Source: Planctomycetota bacterium (GTDB lineage: Bacteria; Planctomycetota; B15-G4). Taken from it: 64,000 bases of DNA. The position numbers were made by a program, and so were the translations under genes. Position 1 is the first letter of the stretch, and the number at the start of each line of letters is the position of its first letter. Positions 10,401-19,496 of the stretch are shown piece after piece. The notes beneath the pieces are model-generated. The model worked only from the letters and a program-made list of their open reading frames with translations, was not told the origin of the DNA and ran no database searches. The DNA lies in contig CBDFJQ010000002.1 of NCBI GenBank assembly GCA_965248575.1, forward strand, positions 4,992,001-5,056,000. Direction: 5' to 3'.

Positions 10401-10843
10401 TGGCGGGTCTGGAAATCCCGTGCCACGCGGGCTGCATTGATCTCACCCGGGTTGATTTCGAACAGCGGCTGGTTGGCGTCGATGAAGTCACGCACGACGC
10501 TCGTCGGCGTGAACGCGGCGATGCTCGGCTCGGTGAGCAGTTGGCGGGTGCTGCGCAGGAAGTGTGGAGTCCCGAAGAACTCGTCCTCGTCCATGCGCAG
10601 ATCGGGGATGCGGCTGCTGAGTTCGGTGAAGGCGGCGTCTCGGGCGACGCGGCCGGCTTCGGTGCGCGTCACGTTGATGACGTCGCGGACACTGGGTAGG
10701 ACCAGGTCTCCGTCGAGGCGGGCGTCGAGGAACGGGAGGGGGGCAGGCCCCGGGTCCGAATCGATGTGGGCTCGTTGCGCCGCCAGGGGTGTGGTCAGGG
10801 CAAGAGCTGCGAGGAGTGGCAACGCACGGAGTGCTGCACGCAT
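7454..10843 (-). CDS. Secreted M36 (fungalysin) metallopeptidase with FTP/PepSY propeptide, MAM-like beta-sandwich and shared C-terminal domain
   Basis: Signal MRAALRALPLLAALALTTPLAA; YGFDEPASNFQ, AQDG..NNA, HEYVHGLS, GGMGEGWGDF, EVHNVGEIW, ARDAIIAAD. Confidence 0.9.
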   Translation of the reverse strand: MRAALRALPLLAALALTTPLAAQRAHIDSDPGPAPLPFLDARLDGDLVLPSVRDVINVTRTEAGRVARDAAFTELSSRIPDLRMDEDEFFGTPHFLRSTRQLLTEPSIAAFTPTSVVRDFIDANQPLFEINPGEINAARVARDFQTRHNGLTHLTYQQQVNGLDVFGAEIKANVTGLGELVNISSTMVPRPDPDFDVPGAQINSSDAIFLAAANVGITLTAEPRTAGPSQGLSSLQTWAQSPDFRADTPVTTELVLFPMDRLNLHPAWVVVLPEHGVGNTYEIMVDAIDGSVLRRDNRLKYLVGGSESASYNVFTGDSPAPGSPGLSTPGTTQFPLTTRTLVTSGATSGSPEGWIPDGVNETNGNNCDAHLDLNNDNAPDLPRPAGSPYRVFDYPIDFAQSPTTYQDAAVTQLFYYMNHIHDVLYGYGFDEPASNFQVDNFGLGGVGGDPVSADAQDGGSTNNANWNGSGSDGGFTWIQMYVFDGPTPDRDGDFDGDVVYHEYVHGLSIRLSGGTVSGEQSGGMGEGWGDFFGVCMSAEASDDPEAEYAMGGYITKDFLGTTENYYYGIRRYPYSHDLGKSPLTYADLDPAQLVIPGGIPNNGLFSGNPADEVHNVGEIWTNALLECRSELWNGGMGFAANDLIMQLVVDGLKLMPSNPNMLEARDAIIAADLAGFGGAHLSELWSGFAYRGMGDSASSPSGSTTTGIVEAFDTPALIVFDFASGQPDQLSPGMTTAFPVDVTALSSDTPLPGTGMLHTSINGGPFSATAMTPTGMDTYSAALPALNCFDTLDYYVSVDSTAGVQTSPNTAPTDFYSATVFTSTTVLFADDFEAASGWSVGGPFDDATTGVWVLDDPLGTSAQSGDDHTPSGTECFFTGQGTGGSVGENDVDGGQTTLTSPVIDLSSGDALIRYWRWYNNVAGGAPNADIFEVEISNNGGSSWLDVETVGPTGPETGGGWFFHEFTVSDILAPTSTIQVRFIASDESTGSIVEAMVDDFDVVRLECSAGTVCQTDIGFGGPGTMALTLCGQTLASGNLSTMEVTGAPSNGLVFLIGGLSNNPTPFEGGTLVPLPILVTLVRVADPSGFVSVSVPGGGGPVTVYIQAAAVDAALPGGYAISNALEALVLP

Positions 10844-11012
10844 GGAGGGATTCCTGCTCGGGGAAGAGGCCACAGAGCTGAGGCCTGGTGCGGGGGAGTG
10901 AGGAGAAGAGCGCGCAGACCTGCGGGAGACAGGCTTCGGGAACTGCGCGGGAGGGCGATGCTACCACGGCTTTTTTGGGCCATGGGGCGAATCAGGGGGG
11001 CCTAAGGGAGGC

Positions 11013-12434
11013 CTAGGGGTCGTCGCCGCCCAGGTAGCCCAGGGCTCTCAGGGCCTCCTGAGTGCTCGCATCCAGTTCGACGTCCTGGCGCGAGTCTCTC
11101 TCACGCGCGGCTCGTTGGCTGCGCAGCCGGCGCCAGTCCGAGAGGCGTCGTGTCGCTTCCTCCCGTGTGGCAGGGGGCGCGTGCTCGTGCTGCGGCTGGC
11201 CGTCGGGATCCAAGGCGAGGTCGAAGATCCGGGCGGGTGCGTCCCTCTGGGTATGGAACAGATAGGTGGCTGTTCTCAGGGCGGCGACGTCGTTCGGCTG
11301 CTTGGCACGATCGATGAAGACGGCGGCAGGCTGGGACCGTTCATCGGGACGCCCTAGGATCCTGCTGGCGAGAGATGCGCCGTCCGCGGCGGGGAGGCTA
11401 GGCAGGCCGCACAGTTCCACCAAGGTGGGGAGCATGTCGATTCCGCGCGTCAGGCCCTTCAGGCGTTGGTTGCCTTCGATGCCCTGCCGCCAGCTGAGGA
11501 TCAGCGGAACGCGCGTCAACTCCGCATGCAGGTTGTCGTGCCCGTGACCGTGATCGCCACGGTCCCAGAATTCCTCCCCATGGTCGGAGACCACCACCAA
11601 CAGGGTGTTGTCCCTGAGCCCTCGCGCGTCAAGGGCGGCGAGCAGGCGCGCGAGTTGCTGGTCGTTGTAGCGGATCTCATCGTCGTAGAGATCGACGAGC
11701 TGCGCCTGGTCCTCCGGGGTGTAGGCGTAGCCTTGGCGCCGGGCGTCTGCGAGGGCTTGAACGCTCCCGGTGGCGGGGCCGGCATAGGGCGCGGCAAAAG
11801 AAGGGATGCCTTCGTGCGCATCGTAGGGTGCGTGGGGGTCGACACTGTGCAGATAGAGGAAGAAGGGCTTCTCCTGCGGCCAGCGGTTGTCGAGCCATGT
11901 CACGGCACTGTCGACGACGCGCTCGGCGTCGAAGACCGGGCCCGCTCGATGCTTCCTGCTGCGGGCGTCTTCGCGCAAGTCGAGCTGCTCGTACACCCTG
12001 AAACCCTGGTCGAAGCCGTAGCGCGCGGCGGTGGCCGTGGTGACGGTCATGCCCGCAGTGGCATAGCCGTGCTCCCTGTACCACTCCGCAGCCATGGTCA
12101 GGCTCTCGGGCACGGTCGACGTGAAGTCGTCAGAGAAGCTGGGTGGGTAGCACCCGCTCAGCAGCGAGGTGACCGAGGGCTGGGTCCAGTTGCTGTGGAC
12201 ATGAAAGTCGTCGAACGCGACCCCCTCCTGGGCGAGGGCATCCATCGTGGGGGATGTGGGACGTTCGTAGCCGTAGCAACCCAGGTGGTCGGCGCGCAGG
12301 GTGTCCACCATCCAGATGACCACGTGGGGTGGCTCTCCTGGAGCGGGAGCGCAGGCTGCCATCATGAGCGAGAGGGCGGCCATGAGCGAGAGGGCCGCGA
12401 TACGAAGGCAGGGGAAAGACACACGGGCGTTCAT
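11013..12434 (-). CDS. Sulfatase-like alkaline-phosphatase-superfamily lipoprotein (Thr-type signature)
   Basis: VDTLRADHLGCYGY, SNWTQPS, DPHAPY, SDHGEEF, VPLI, C-terminal LRALGYL; lipobox MAAC. Confidence 0.85.
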   Translation of the reverse strand: MNARVSFPCLRIAALSLMAALSLMMAACAPAPGEPPHVVIWMVDTLRADHLGCYGYERPTSPTMDALAQEGVAFDDFHVHSNWTQPSVTSLLSGCYPPSFSDDFTSTVPESLTMAAEWYREHGYATAGMTVTTATAARYGFDQGFRVYEQLDLREDARSRKHRAGPVFDAERVVDSAVTWLDNRWPQEKPFFLYLHSVDPHAPYDAHEGIPSFAAPYAGPATGSVQALADARRQGYAYTPEDQAQLVDLYDDEIRYNDQQLARLLAALDARGLRDNTLLVVVSDHGEEFWDRGDHGHGHDNLHAELTRVPLILSWRQGIEGNQRLKGLTRGIDMLPTLVELCGLPSLPAADGASLASRILGRPDERSQPAAVFIDRAKQPNDVAALRTATYLFHTQRDAPARIFDLALDPDGQPQHEHAPPATREEATRRLSDWRRLRSQRAARERDSRQDVELDASTQEALRALGYLGGDDP

Positions 12435-12494
12435 GGCGACAGCGCAACCGGGGCGAGACCCGAACGCAAGGTTTTTTGGCGAGAGGTGTTCGGC

Positions 12495-14147
12495 TCAGGG
12501 TGCGATGCCTTGCACGGCGTTGCTGGCGGCAAGCCCGGCCACAGCGCTGGAATCGGCCAGCCAGCACTGGATCCAGGCGGACGCCCCCGTTGGCATGCCA
12601 TTGGGAAAGGGAGCCTGGAGACTCTGGACGCCGCTGCTATCCGTCGCGCCGAAGAGCATGACGTCCAGCGCAGGGACCAAGGTGCCCCCTTCGAAGGGCA
12701 GTTGGAGCAGGCTGAAGCCCGCGATGTTGTAGATGAAGCTGTTGGGCTTGGCGTTGCTCAAGCTGAGCGCGAAGGGCGTGCCGGGAATCATGCTGCTGTC
12801 CACCTGCAGCAGGGGCTCTCCGGTCAGGCCCGCAAGCCCGAAGCCCAGGTCCTTCCAGGAGCGCTTGAGCCAGACGGCGCATTCTTCGCCGATACCGCCG
12901 GGGCGCGCGAAAGCCTGTGCGCCGTTGCCCAGCAGGACGCCTGGCTGGTCGACCGTCGCGCCGCTCACGGCGTCTACCCAATGCAGGTCGTAGAAGCCGC
13001 CAAGCATGGCATCCAGCCCGAGGTCGCCGTTGTCGGCGCCTGCATAGGCAATGTAGCTGGACGGCTCGTCCGCAAGCACCCATTGCGTCCCGGCGTGGGT
13101 CAGGTCATCGCGATTGAGCATGCGGTAGAAATCCGTGCTCTCGAAGAACGACTGCACGATGCGGCACTGATTCAGCAGGGTGGTCGAGGTGTTGGCGATG
13201 TCCTCGCCGTAGACCATTGGCATGACGCCCGCCATGGACGTGTCCCACAGGAAGAGGCGGATGTCGTCATCGCTCGCGGTCTTCGTGAAGTTGGCTTCGG
13301 TGTACATCGTGAAGTAGCCGTTGCCGTTGGGCCCCGCGGCTTCCCCCAGGCTTCGTGCCTGAAGAGCGCCCGCATGGACGTTGGCCGCAGGTGTGTCGTA
13401 GTGCATGGAGTAGTGCGTGAGGTCCGTGGGGCTGCTCCAGGACTTGAAGGTCGTGCCGGAGTGGTGGTGGTTGCCCACGATGTGCTTGTGATCGTCTGCA
13501 TCCAGCAGGATGGACGCGATGGCGTTGGCCTTCAGGTGGCTCATCGCTTCTTCGGATTCCTCGGACACCAGCCAGATCAGGTTCGGGTGGTGCTCGAACT
13601 CGTCCACGATGGCGCGCAGGAACGCGTCCTCCTCGGTCCCGACGAGGTTGCCCGTACTCCAGATCCTGGCGCTGTCGTCATAGATGAACAGGTAGATGAG
13701 GATGTCCAGGTCTTCGCAGCGCTGGAGCCAGCCTTCCCACTGATCGAGGATGTCCTGGTCGAGCCCCTGGGCCGGGTCCGAGTTGATGAAGGGGTTGTGG
13801 TCCGAGGAACCATCTCCGCCATGGCTCCGCACGACCTCCAGGTAGAGGGTGGTTCCGCCGTGAGTCTCGAGCTTGTCCAGCAGGGCATCCTGGTCACCGA
13901 CGCGCGTGCCATCCGCCTGGCGTGTGCCCCGGTAGAAAAAGTCCTCCGGGTCCCCGGTGCCACAATAGAAGGGGTGCCCGCCGCCCTCGAACTGCAGCCA
14001 CTGCGGATACGCAGGGTCGATCTGAACCTGGCCAGGCAAGGCCTGGGACATGCCGGTCGGGGCCAGGGCGCAAAACGCCAGGGTGATGGGGAGCAGGGGC
14101 ATGCCGCGCATTGCGAGTCTCAGGCATCGAAGAGAAGAACGGATCAC
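12495..14147 (-). CDS. Secreted putative glycoside hydrolase (TIM-barrel, DUF4038-like) with beta domain and shared C-terminal domain
   Basis: Signal peptide; GGHPFYCGTGDPEDFFY, HHPNLIWLVSEE, YTE candidate catalytic acids; YDLHWVDAVSG beta domain. Start may be 14111. Confidence 0.6.
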   Translation of the reverse strand: MIRSSLRCLRLAMRGMPLLPITLAFCALAPTGMSQALPGQVQIDPAYPQWLQFEGGGHPFYCGTGDPEDFFYRGTRQADGTRVGDQDALLDKLETHGGTTLYLEVVRSHGGDGSSDHNPFINSDPAQGLDQDILDQWEGWLQRCEDLDILIYLFIYDDSARIWSTGNLVGTEEDAFLRAIVDEFEHHPNLIWLVSEESEEAMSHLKANAIASILLDADDHKHIVGNHHHSGTTFKSWSSPTDLTHYSMHYDTPAANVHAGALQARSLGEAAGPNGNGYFTMYTEANFTKTASDDDIRLFLWDTSMAGVMPMVYGEDIANTSTTLLNQCRIVQSFFESTDFYRMLNRDDLTHAGTQWVLADEPSSYIAYAGADNGDLGLDAMLGGFYDLHWVDAVSGATVDQPGVLLGNGAQAFARPGGIGEECAVWLKRSWKDLGFGLAGLTGEPLLQVDSSMIPGTPFALSLSNAKPNSFIYNIAGFSLLQLPFEGGTLVPALDVMLFGATDSSGVQSLQAPFPNGMPTGASAWIQCWLADSSAVAGLAASNAVQGIAP

Positions 14148-14282
14148 GGGAGGTGATCCAGAAGCCTATCCCCAAAAATCGAGGGACGAGATGGGTCGGC
14201 GGGACCGGCCGGTGGGATTCCCGGCGAGGCGTTTCCCCCGTGACAGGGAAAGCGCTGCGGCGCCCGGATAGGATGTCGCGCC

Positions 14283-16280
14283 ATGGATACATTCCCTGCC
14301 CCTTCACTGAGCAACACCTGGTTGGCGTACACCGTCCTGCCCCTCGTCCTGCTCGCGGCTTTCCTTCCGGCGTGCGCGGACTCAGGGGCCGACGATGTCT
14401 CGCGTCGCAAGCCCGAGGTCGGGCCCCTGTCGCGCCAACGCGTTGCTGCGAGTATGGCGACGTGTGCCGAATGCCACGCTGGCATCGTCGAGAAGTACAT
14501 GGGGCACGGCATGGCCCACACCCTGGGGCCGCTGGAAGATCCCCCCCGAGGGAGCTTCACCCATCCCGTGAGCGGCGACGTCTACAGTTTCGAGCAACAG
14601 GGCGAACGCCTGCTCATGCGCCACAAGCGGCCGGACGGCGGGACCCGGGTCCAGGAAGTGTTGGGCCGCTATGGGGCTGGTGTGATGGACATGTCGTTCA
14701 TCGGCAGTGAGTTGAATCGCGACGGAGAGCCGGTGGGTCGCTTGAACTTCCTGCCCCTCGAGCGCCTGCGCGGCCATGGGCTCGACCTCGCCCCCTTCGA
14801 GATCGATGAGCCGGGGACCGGCTTCAACATGCCGTTCGCGGGGGAGTGCCTGAGCTGTCACAGCACCCAGGACCCGGCGCACCTTCCGGGGGCGGCGCGG
14901 GACTCCGAAAGTGGAACGGTGTGGCCCGGGGAGTTCCTGGGCGCTGACGCTTTCGATCACTTGCAGCCGCTGGCCTGCGATGCTTGCCATGGGGCGACGG
15001 ACCGGCATGCCGAGCTGATGCTGGCGTCCTTCGAGAGCCGCTTACCGGCCACCGAGCTGGGCTTGCAGCGGCTGGGCGAGCTTCCGGCGGGGCAGCAGCG
15101 CGACGTCTGTGCGAAGTGCCACCTGCAGGGCGATGGCCAGGTGCAGCTTGGGAAGACGGCTCGAGGTGGTCCCCAGCCCGCGGATTTCCTGCTGCGACGC
15201 CCCGTCTTGGTTTCCGCCAAGCCGGGCGATGACTTCCACTTCGTTAGCCAGGTCCAGCGCCTCAGTCTTTCCGAGTGCTTCCAGAACTCATCAGAGATGA
15301 CCTGCATCAGCTGCCACGACCCGCACAGTTCGGTGGCGGCGCAGACGACGACGAGCTTCGACATGCGTTGCATGACGTGTCACTCGTCGGAAGCTGCGTG
15401 TGCGCGCCCGCCGGCACTGTCCGTGCAGGACGTCACGGGCGAAGCAGCTCGGACGAGCTCTGGCTGTGTGGACTGCCACGTGCGTCGAAGCCAGCCCTTC
15501 GACCTCCCGCATGTACGAACGGCGGATCACTTCGTGCGGCGCAGCATTCCGCTTCCGGAGGTCATGCCCATGCGCGTGATGGAAGAGATTGGCGGTTCGC
15601 TGACGGTGTTCGACGATGGACGGTTCGAGGATCTGCTGTCGTCGCCTGAGGGCCGTGAGTGGGTGGACACCCTGGTCGGGTTGCGCCTGGCAAGCCTCGG
15701 CTTCTCGAGCCGCGCAGAGGCCCTGACCGGCTCGATGGCACCTCCAGGGAGCATCCTGTCGACGCGACCAGAGCTGGAATCGCTGCTGCCGTCGCTACGC
15801 CGCGCTGCGGTCATCCATCACCTGCGCGGCCTCATGTTGGAAGCGCGCGGTGATGCTCAGGGCGCCCGGGCCGCTTACAGCGATGCCCTGCGCGTGGACC
15901 CATCCCACCCTCAAGCGCGCCTGAACCGCGGTAGCCTCGAGCTGGATCTCGGGAACATCGACGCGGCCTTGGCCGACGCCGATGAGCTGGAGCGCCGCTA
16001 TCCGCGAGCCGAGAAGCCCTGGAACCTGCGCGCGTTGGCGGCTGCACGAACCCGCCAGATGTCCGCCATGGCAGCCGCGCTGATCCAATCGACATGGTTG
16101 TGGCCCGGCGACCCCGCGGCATGGCAGATGCTGGGTCAGGCGTTCCTTGAGTTGGATCGGCCAGCAGATGCCGCCACAGCGCTCGCCGAGGCCATGCGCA
16201 TGCAACCGACGCGGCCTCAGTTGTCGCAGGAGTTCCAGCGCGCCCGGGCAGCACTGCCAGAATCGGGTGCCCCTCCCTAG
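14283..16280 (+). CDS. Multiheme c-type cytochrome (7 CxxCH) with C-terminal TPR repeats
   Basis: CAECH, CLSCH, CDACH, CAKCH, CISCH, CMTCH, CVDCH; TPR-like helices (ARAAYSDALRVDPSHPQARLNRG); lipoprotein-like signal LPAC. Confidence 0.88.
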   Translation: MDTFPAPSLSNTWLAYTVLPLVLLAAFLPACADSGADDVSRRKPEVGPLSRQRVAASMATCAECHAGIVEKYMGHGMAHTLGPLEDPPRGSFTHPVSGDVYSFEQQGERLLMRHKRPDGGTRVQEVLGRYGAGVMDMSFIGSELNRDGEPVGRLNFLPLERLRGHGLDLAPFEIDEPGTGFNMPFAGECLSCHSTQDPAHLPGAARDSESGTVWPGEFLGADAFDHLQPLACDACHGATDRHAELMLASFESRLPATELGLQRLGELPAGQQRDVCAKCHLQGDGQVQLGKTARGGPQPADFLLRRPVLVSAKPGDDFHFVSQVQRLSLSECFQNSSEMTCISCHDPHSSVAAQTTTSFDMRCMTCHSSEAACARPPALSVQDVTGEAARTSSGCVDCHVRRSQPFDLPHVRTADHFVRRSIPLPEVMPMRVMEEIGGSLTVFDDGRFEDLLSSPEGREWVDTLVGLRLASLGFSSRAEALTGSMAPPGSILSTRPELESLLPSLRRAAVIHHLRGLMLEARGDAQGARAAYSDALRVDPSHPQARLNRGSLELDLGNIDAALADADELERRYPRAEKPWNLRALAAARTRQMSAMAAALIQSTWLWPGDPAAWQMLGQAFLELDRPADAATALAEAMRMQPTRPQLSQEFQRARAALPESGAPP

Positions 16281-16441
16281 TTTCTGAGCGCGGATTTTCT
16301 TGGGTACACGAGCTGGCAAGACTGCCGGGGATCGGAGGCCCGTGATACACCGGAGTGCCACCCACGGGTCGGGCCGATGCCGTTTGCCGGAGGGCAATGC
16401 CGCGCTGAGCCGGGCCTGAGTCAGGGCCCACGGGCCGTTGG

Positions 16442-16470
16442 GAACAGTCGAGAACAGTCGAGAACAGTCG
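16442..16470. repeat. Triple direct repeat with 10-bp period immediately upstream of a start codon
   Basis: GAACAGTCG at 16442, 16452 and 16462; ATG at 16472. Confidence 0.85.
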
Positions 16471-16471
16471 T

Positions 16472-17002
16472 ATGGGTTTCAGGGAGAAGTTCAGCCGCCG
16501 CATTCCGCTGCCCAAATGGCTGCACTCGGCCCAGCACGACATCCCCTTTGTCGTCTGCACTGTGTGTGATGGTCGGCTGGCGACGAGCGGTCTGTACACC
16601 ATCATGAAGGCGTTCCGGGGCGAGGAGTGCATCTTCGAGATGGCCATCTGCGCCAAGTGCTCTGAATCGGAGATGGAGAAGTGGTCGACTGCATCGCGCA
16701 AAGCGGCCAGCGACTTCCGGGCCAGCCGACGCGAACACGAAGGGTGTGACGGTTGCCAGACCTGTGGTTCTGGCCTGAATGAGGTGCGTGGCGTGGCGGT
16801 GCATGCCCATTGCCGAGCAGGCCAGCTGCTGGGCGTGACCCATATGTGCACTGCCTGCGAGGAGGCTCTTCACGAACGGCTCTCGCCCAAGACAAGGGAA
16901 GAGAACGACCGATTCATGAAGACCCATTTCCCGGAACCGCCCTGGATGTCCGAGACGCCGAGTCCCGAGCCGGTCTCGGTTTCGGGTCCAGGGGTGTTCT
17001 AG
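16472..17002 (+). CDS. Cys-rich putative zinc-binding hypothetical protein
   Basis: CTVC, CAKC, CDGCQTC, HAHC, CTAC; no CxxCH and no signal peptide. Confidence 0.7.
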   Translation: MGFREKFSRRIPLPKWLHSAQHDIPFVVCTVCDGRLATSGLYTIMKAFRGEECIFEMAICAKCSESEMEKWSTASRKAASDFRASRREHEGCDGCQTCGSGLNEVRGVAVHAHCRAGQLLGVTHMCTACEEALHERLSPKTREENDRFMKTHFPEPPWMSETPSPEPVSVSGPGVF

Positions 17003-17192
17003 GCCTCGAGCCAAGAGCCTACGCCGGGGTGGAGCAGCGCTTTGCTTGCCGGTCATTCTCGGCCTGGAGCATCGATTTCAGTGTCCAATCGGGCTTGAGG
17101 TCCGCTCAAGGGCGGGCCCCGCCCTGGCCGATAGCGGTCGACGGTGCGGGAGGCCCCTCCTGTCGCCCGTAGTCCCGCAGAGCGGAGGAACC

Positions 17193-17915
17193 ATGACTGG
17201 TCCGTCGAAACCAACCGCTGCCCCGAACCGGCGGCGCAAGAAGTTCATTCGCCCAGACGTCCAGCTGAAGGTGGTCTTCGTGACCCTGTTCGTGACCTGC
17301 CTGGCGCTCGTCGTGAACTTGCGCATGAGCGTTGAGAGCTTGGAGCAGATCTCCACCACCCTGACGAAGAGCCACACGGTGTTCGAAGTCCTGAATCTGG
17401 TGGAGGCTGCGACCCTGCGCAGCCTGCTCCTCACCTTGGTGATTTCGATCCCGCTGGCCGTGGGTTTCGGTGTGGCCTACTCGTTTCGCTTCGCGGGCCC
17501 TGTCTACCGCTTCGAACAGTTCTTCGACGGCTTGAAAGCCGGGCGATGGGACAAGGCTTGCACCCTGCGCAAAAATGATCTGCTCGTAGACGTGGCCGGG
17601 TCCATCAATGAGGGCATGGAGCAGGTGGGTGCCCGGATCCAGGAGGATCAAGCCATCTTGCAGGATGTGAAGCACCTGCTCGGCACGAGCGTCCTGGCGA
17701 CCGATGACGCTTCGGCACCGATGATCAAGCGGCTTCAGGAACGGATTGCGACTTCGGAGGAACAATTCGCCGCGCGCTTCCCGGACGGCGCAGAGACGGC
17801 TGGCGAGAATTCCTCATCAGAGCATCGGGGTGACGTTCGGGTTCCAGCCAGGGGAGCCGATGTGGTCTCCCATGAGAACTCCAGCGACAAGTCTTCCGTG
17901 GACCAGAAGAGCTAG
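17193..17915 (+). CDS. Two-TM membrane protein with HAMP-like linker, first gene of the pseudopilin cluster
   Basis: GGAGGA RBS before ATG 17193; RRKKFIRPDVQLK, two TM helices, SFRFAGPVYRF..LRKND..DVAGSINE. Confidence 0.75.
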   Translation: MTGPSKPTAAPNRRRKKFIRPDVQLKVVFVTLFVTCLALVVNLRMSVESLEQISTTLTKSHTVFEVLNLVEAATLRSLLLTLVISIPLAVGFGVAYSFRFAGPVYRFEQFFDGLKAGRWDKACTLRKNDLLVDVAGSINEGMEQVGARIQEDQAILQDVKHLLGTSVLATDDASAPMIKRLQERIATSEEQFAARFPDGAETAGENSSSEHRGDVRVPARGADVVSHENSSDKSSVDQKS

Positions 17916-17930
17916 CGCTCAGACGACACC

Positions 17931-18995
17931 ATGGCTGCCGTACACCACCCCTTGCGTGACCCAAGCCAGTCAGGCTTTACGGTCGTGGCGATCCTGATCC
18001 TGGTTTCGATCATGGCATCGATGGCCGCCACCTTCTCGCGCCACGTGATCGTGGACTCCCAAGCCACGATCGTCTCTTCCACCATGCTCGACTCGGCCGT
18101 GCTGTTGGACTCGGAGCGCGACTTCGTCCTGCAATCACAGCGTGTCGGGCGAACAGTCTCGAAGCAGTCGGTCGATTCGGCGCTCTCGGTCGGGAAGCTC
18201 GGGGACGGGATTCAAAAGTCCCATGCTGAGAAGAAGATGGTGCTTGCAGACATGGTTGACGGTGAGCGCTCCAAGGTGTTCAGCCAGGTCTTGGCGAAAA
18301 ACGGTCTCGGCGCCACACGTCTGCTTGAAACGGCTCGGGTGCCTGCTGTCCTGACGTCCGCTCCTGATGAGCTGCCATCTCTCGACACCACGGTGGCCTG
18401 GAACGTCCTCAATGACGTCGACATCGAGGTGCTTCAAGTCACCACCGATCTCACCCTGAGTGGAGTCGAGTTCGAGGGTGTTCTCGTGGTCCACGAGTCT
18501 GTAGTGCTGACACTGAACGATGTCATTGTTCGTGGCGCCATCCTCTCCGCCGCGAGTTCGTCGGACTCCGTGTTGTCCGCACACAGCCAGTTCTCGCAGC
18601 CGCAGGTGGTGTTCACGGGCGTCACGCGCCTGCTGGAGGCCGACTTCTTGCCCGGCCTGGCCATCCACATGCCCGATGGGCGAGTCGTCGCGGACCACGC
18701 ACTCGCACGTGTCGAGATTCGCGGAGACATCGTGGCGCACTCTCTGAGCCTTCAGTCCAAGGGCAGCTTCGAAGGCAACTCAGCCACCGTCCAGGACCCC
18801 GTCATCGGTGCCTCTGTCGACAGGATCGGCGCCGGGCGGACCCCTCGTGAATGGTCGTCCGTCCTCGACCATCAAGGAGTATGGGAGGCGCAGTTCATCG
18901 CCGTGATCCCCAGGGAGCTGGAGCTCTCGGACGTTACGGCCATCACCCAGTTCAGCTTGCCTGCCAAGAGCAGTGCAGATGCGGGGGACTCATGA
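17931..18995 (+). CDS. PilX/GspK-like minor (pseudo)pilin with beta-helix-like C-terminus
   Basis: SG|FTVVAILILV lacks Glu5, as in GspK/PilX; lies in an operon with three other prepilins. Confidence 0.65.
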   Translation: MAAVHHPLRDPSQSGFTVVAILILVSIMASMAATFSRHVIVDSQATIVSSTMLDSAVLLDSERDFVLQSQRVGRTVSKQSVDSALSVGKLGDGIQKSHAEKKMVLADMVDGERSKVFSQVLAKNGLGATRLLETARVPAVLTSAPDELPSLDTTVAWNVLNDVDIEVLQVTTDLTLSGVEFEGVLVVHESVVLTLNDVIVRGAILSAASSSDSVLSAHSQFSQPQVVFTGVTRLLEADFLPGLAIHMPDGRVVADHALARVEIRGDIVAHSLSLQSKGSFEGNSATVQDPVIGASVDRIGAGRTPREWSSVLDHQGVWEAQFIAVIPRELELSDVTAITQFSLPAKSSADAGDS

Positions 18996-19486
18996 ACACT
19001 CCACGTCGGGTGACAAGGGAGGCTCGCGGGTTCACCTTGGTCGAGATGCTCGTGGTCATCACCTTGATCGGCATGATGGCGGCAACGGCGACAACTGCGG
19101 CGTCGGAATCCGGTGACTTTCGGCTGAATCTCATCCAGACCGAAGTCTGCGATGCCTTGGAGTACGCCAAGGCTCTTTCCCGATCGACACGAGAGGCATA
19201 CGGAGTCGTCTTCGAGGCCTCTTCGGAGCGCCTGGCCATCGTGGACGAGAGTGGAAACCTGGTCGTCGATCCGTTGACGAAGGGGGACTACATCATCGAT
19301 TTCACACAGCCCCAGTATCCGCCGGGCATCAACATCGTGAGTGCCAGCTTTGGTGATGCCGGCTCGGCGCTTGTGGTGGACCCCGATGGGGTGGCCATGG
19401 CCGGGGGGAGCATCGTGCTCAGCTTTGCCGGTGTGAGTCGCACCCTGACCATCGACCTTGCAACTGCTTCGCTCTCCGCTTCTTGA
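18992..19486 (+). CDS. GspH/FimT-like minor pseudopilin
   Basis: RG|FTLVEMLVVITLIG; ALEYAKALS; ATG overlaps the upstream TGA. Confidence 0.82.
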   Translation: MNTPRRVTREARGFTLVEMLVVITLIGMMAATATTAASESGDFRLNLIQTEVCDALEYAKALSRSTREAYGVVFEASSERLAIVDESGNLVVDPLTKGDYIIDFTQPQYPPGINIVSASFGDAGSALVVDPDGVAMAGGSIVLSFAGVSRTLTIDLATASLSAS

Positions 19487-19496
19487 GCTGATAGCA

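Noticed and set aside
12363..12395. 18-bp-period duplication (CATGAGCGAGAGGGC x2) in a signal peptide
   Set aside because: Small in-frame duplication (ALSLMA twice) with no evident consequence.
11466..14156. 896-aa plus-strand ORF
   Set aside because: Antisense shadow of two well-supported minus-strand genes; no motifs; expected in GC-rich DNA.
16472..17002. Cys-rich protein as another cytochrome c
   Set aside because: CxxC pairs are not followed by His, and there is no export signal.
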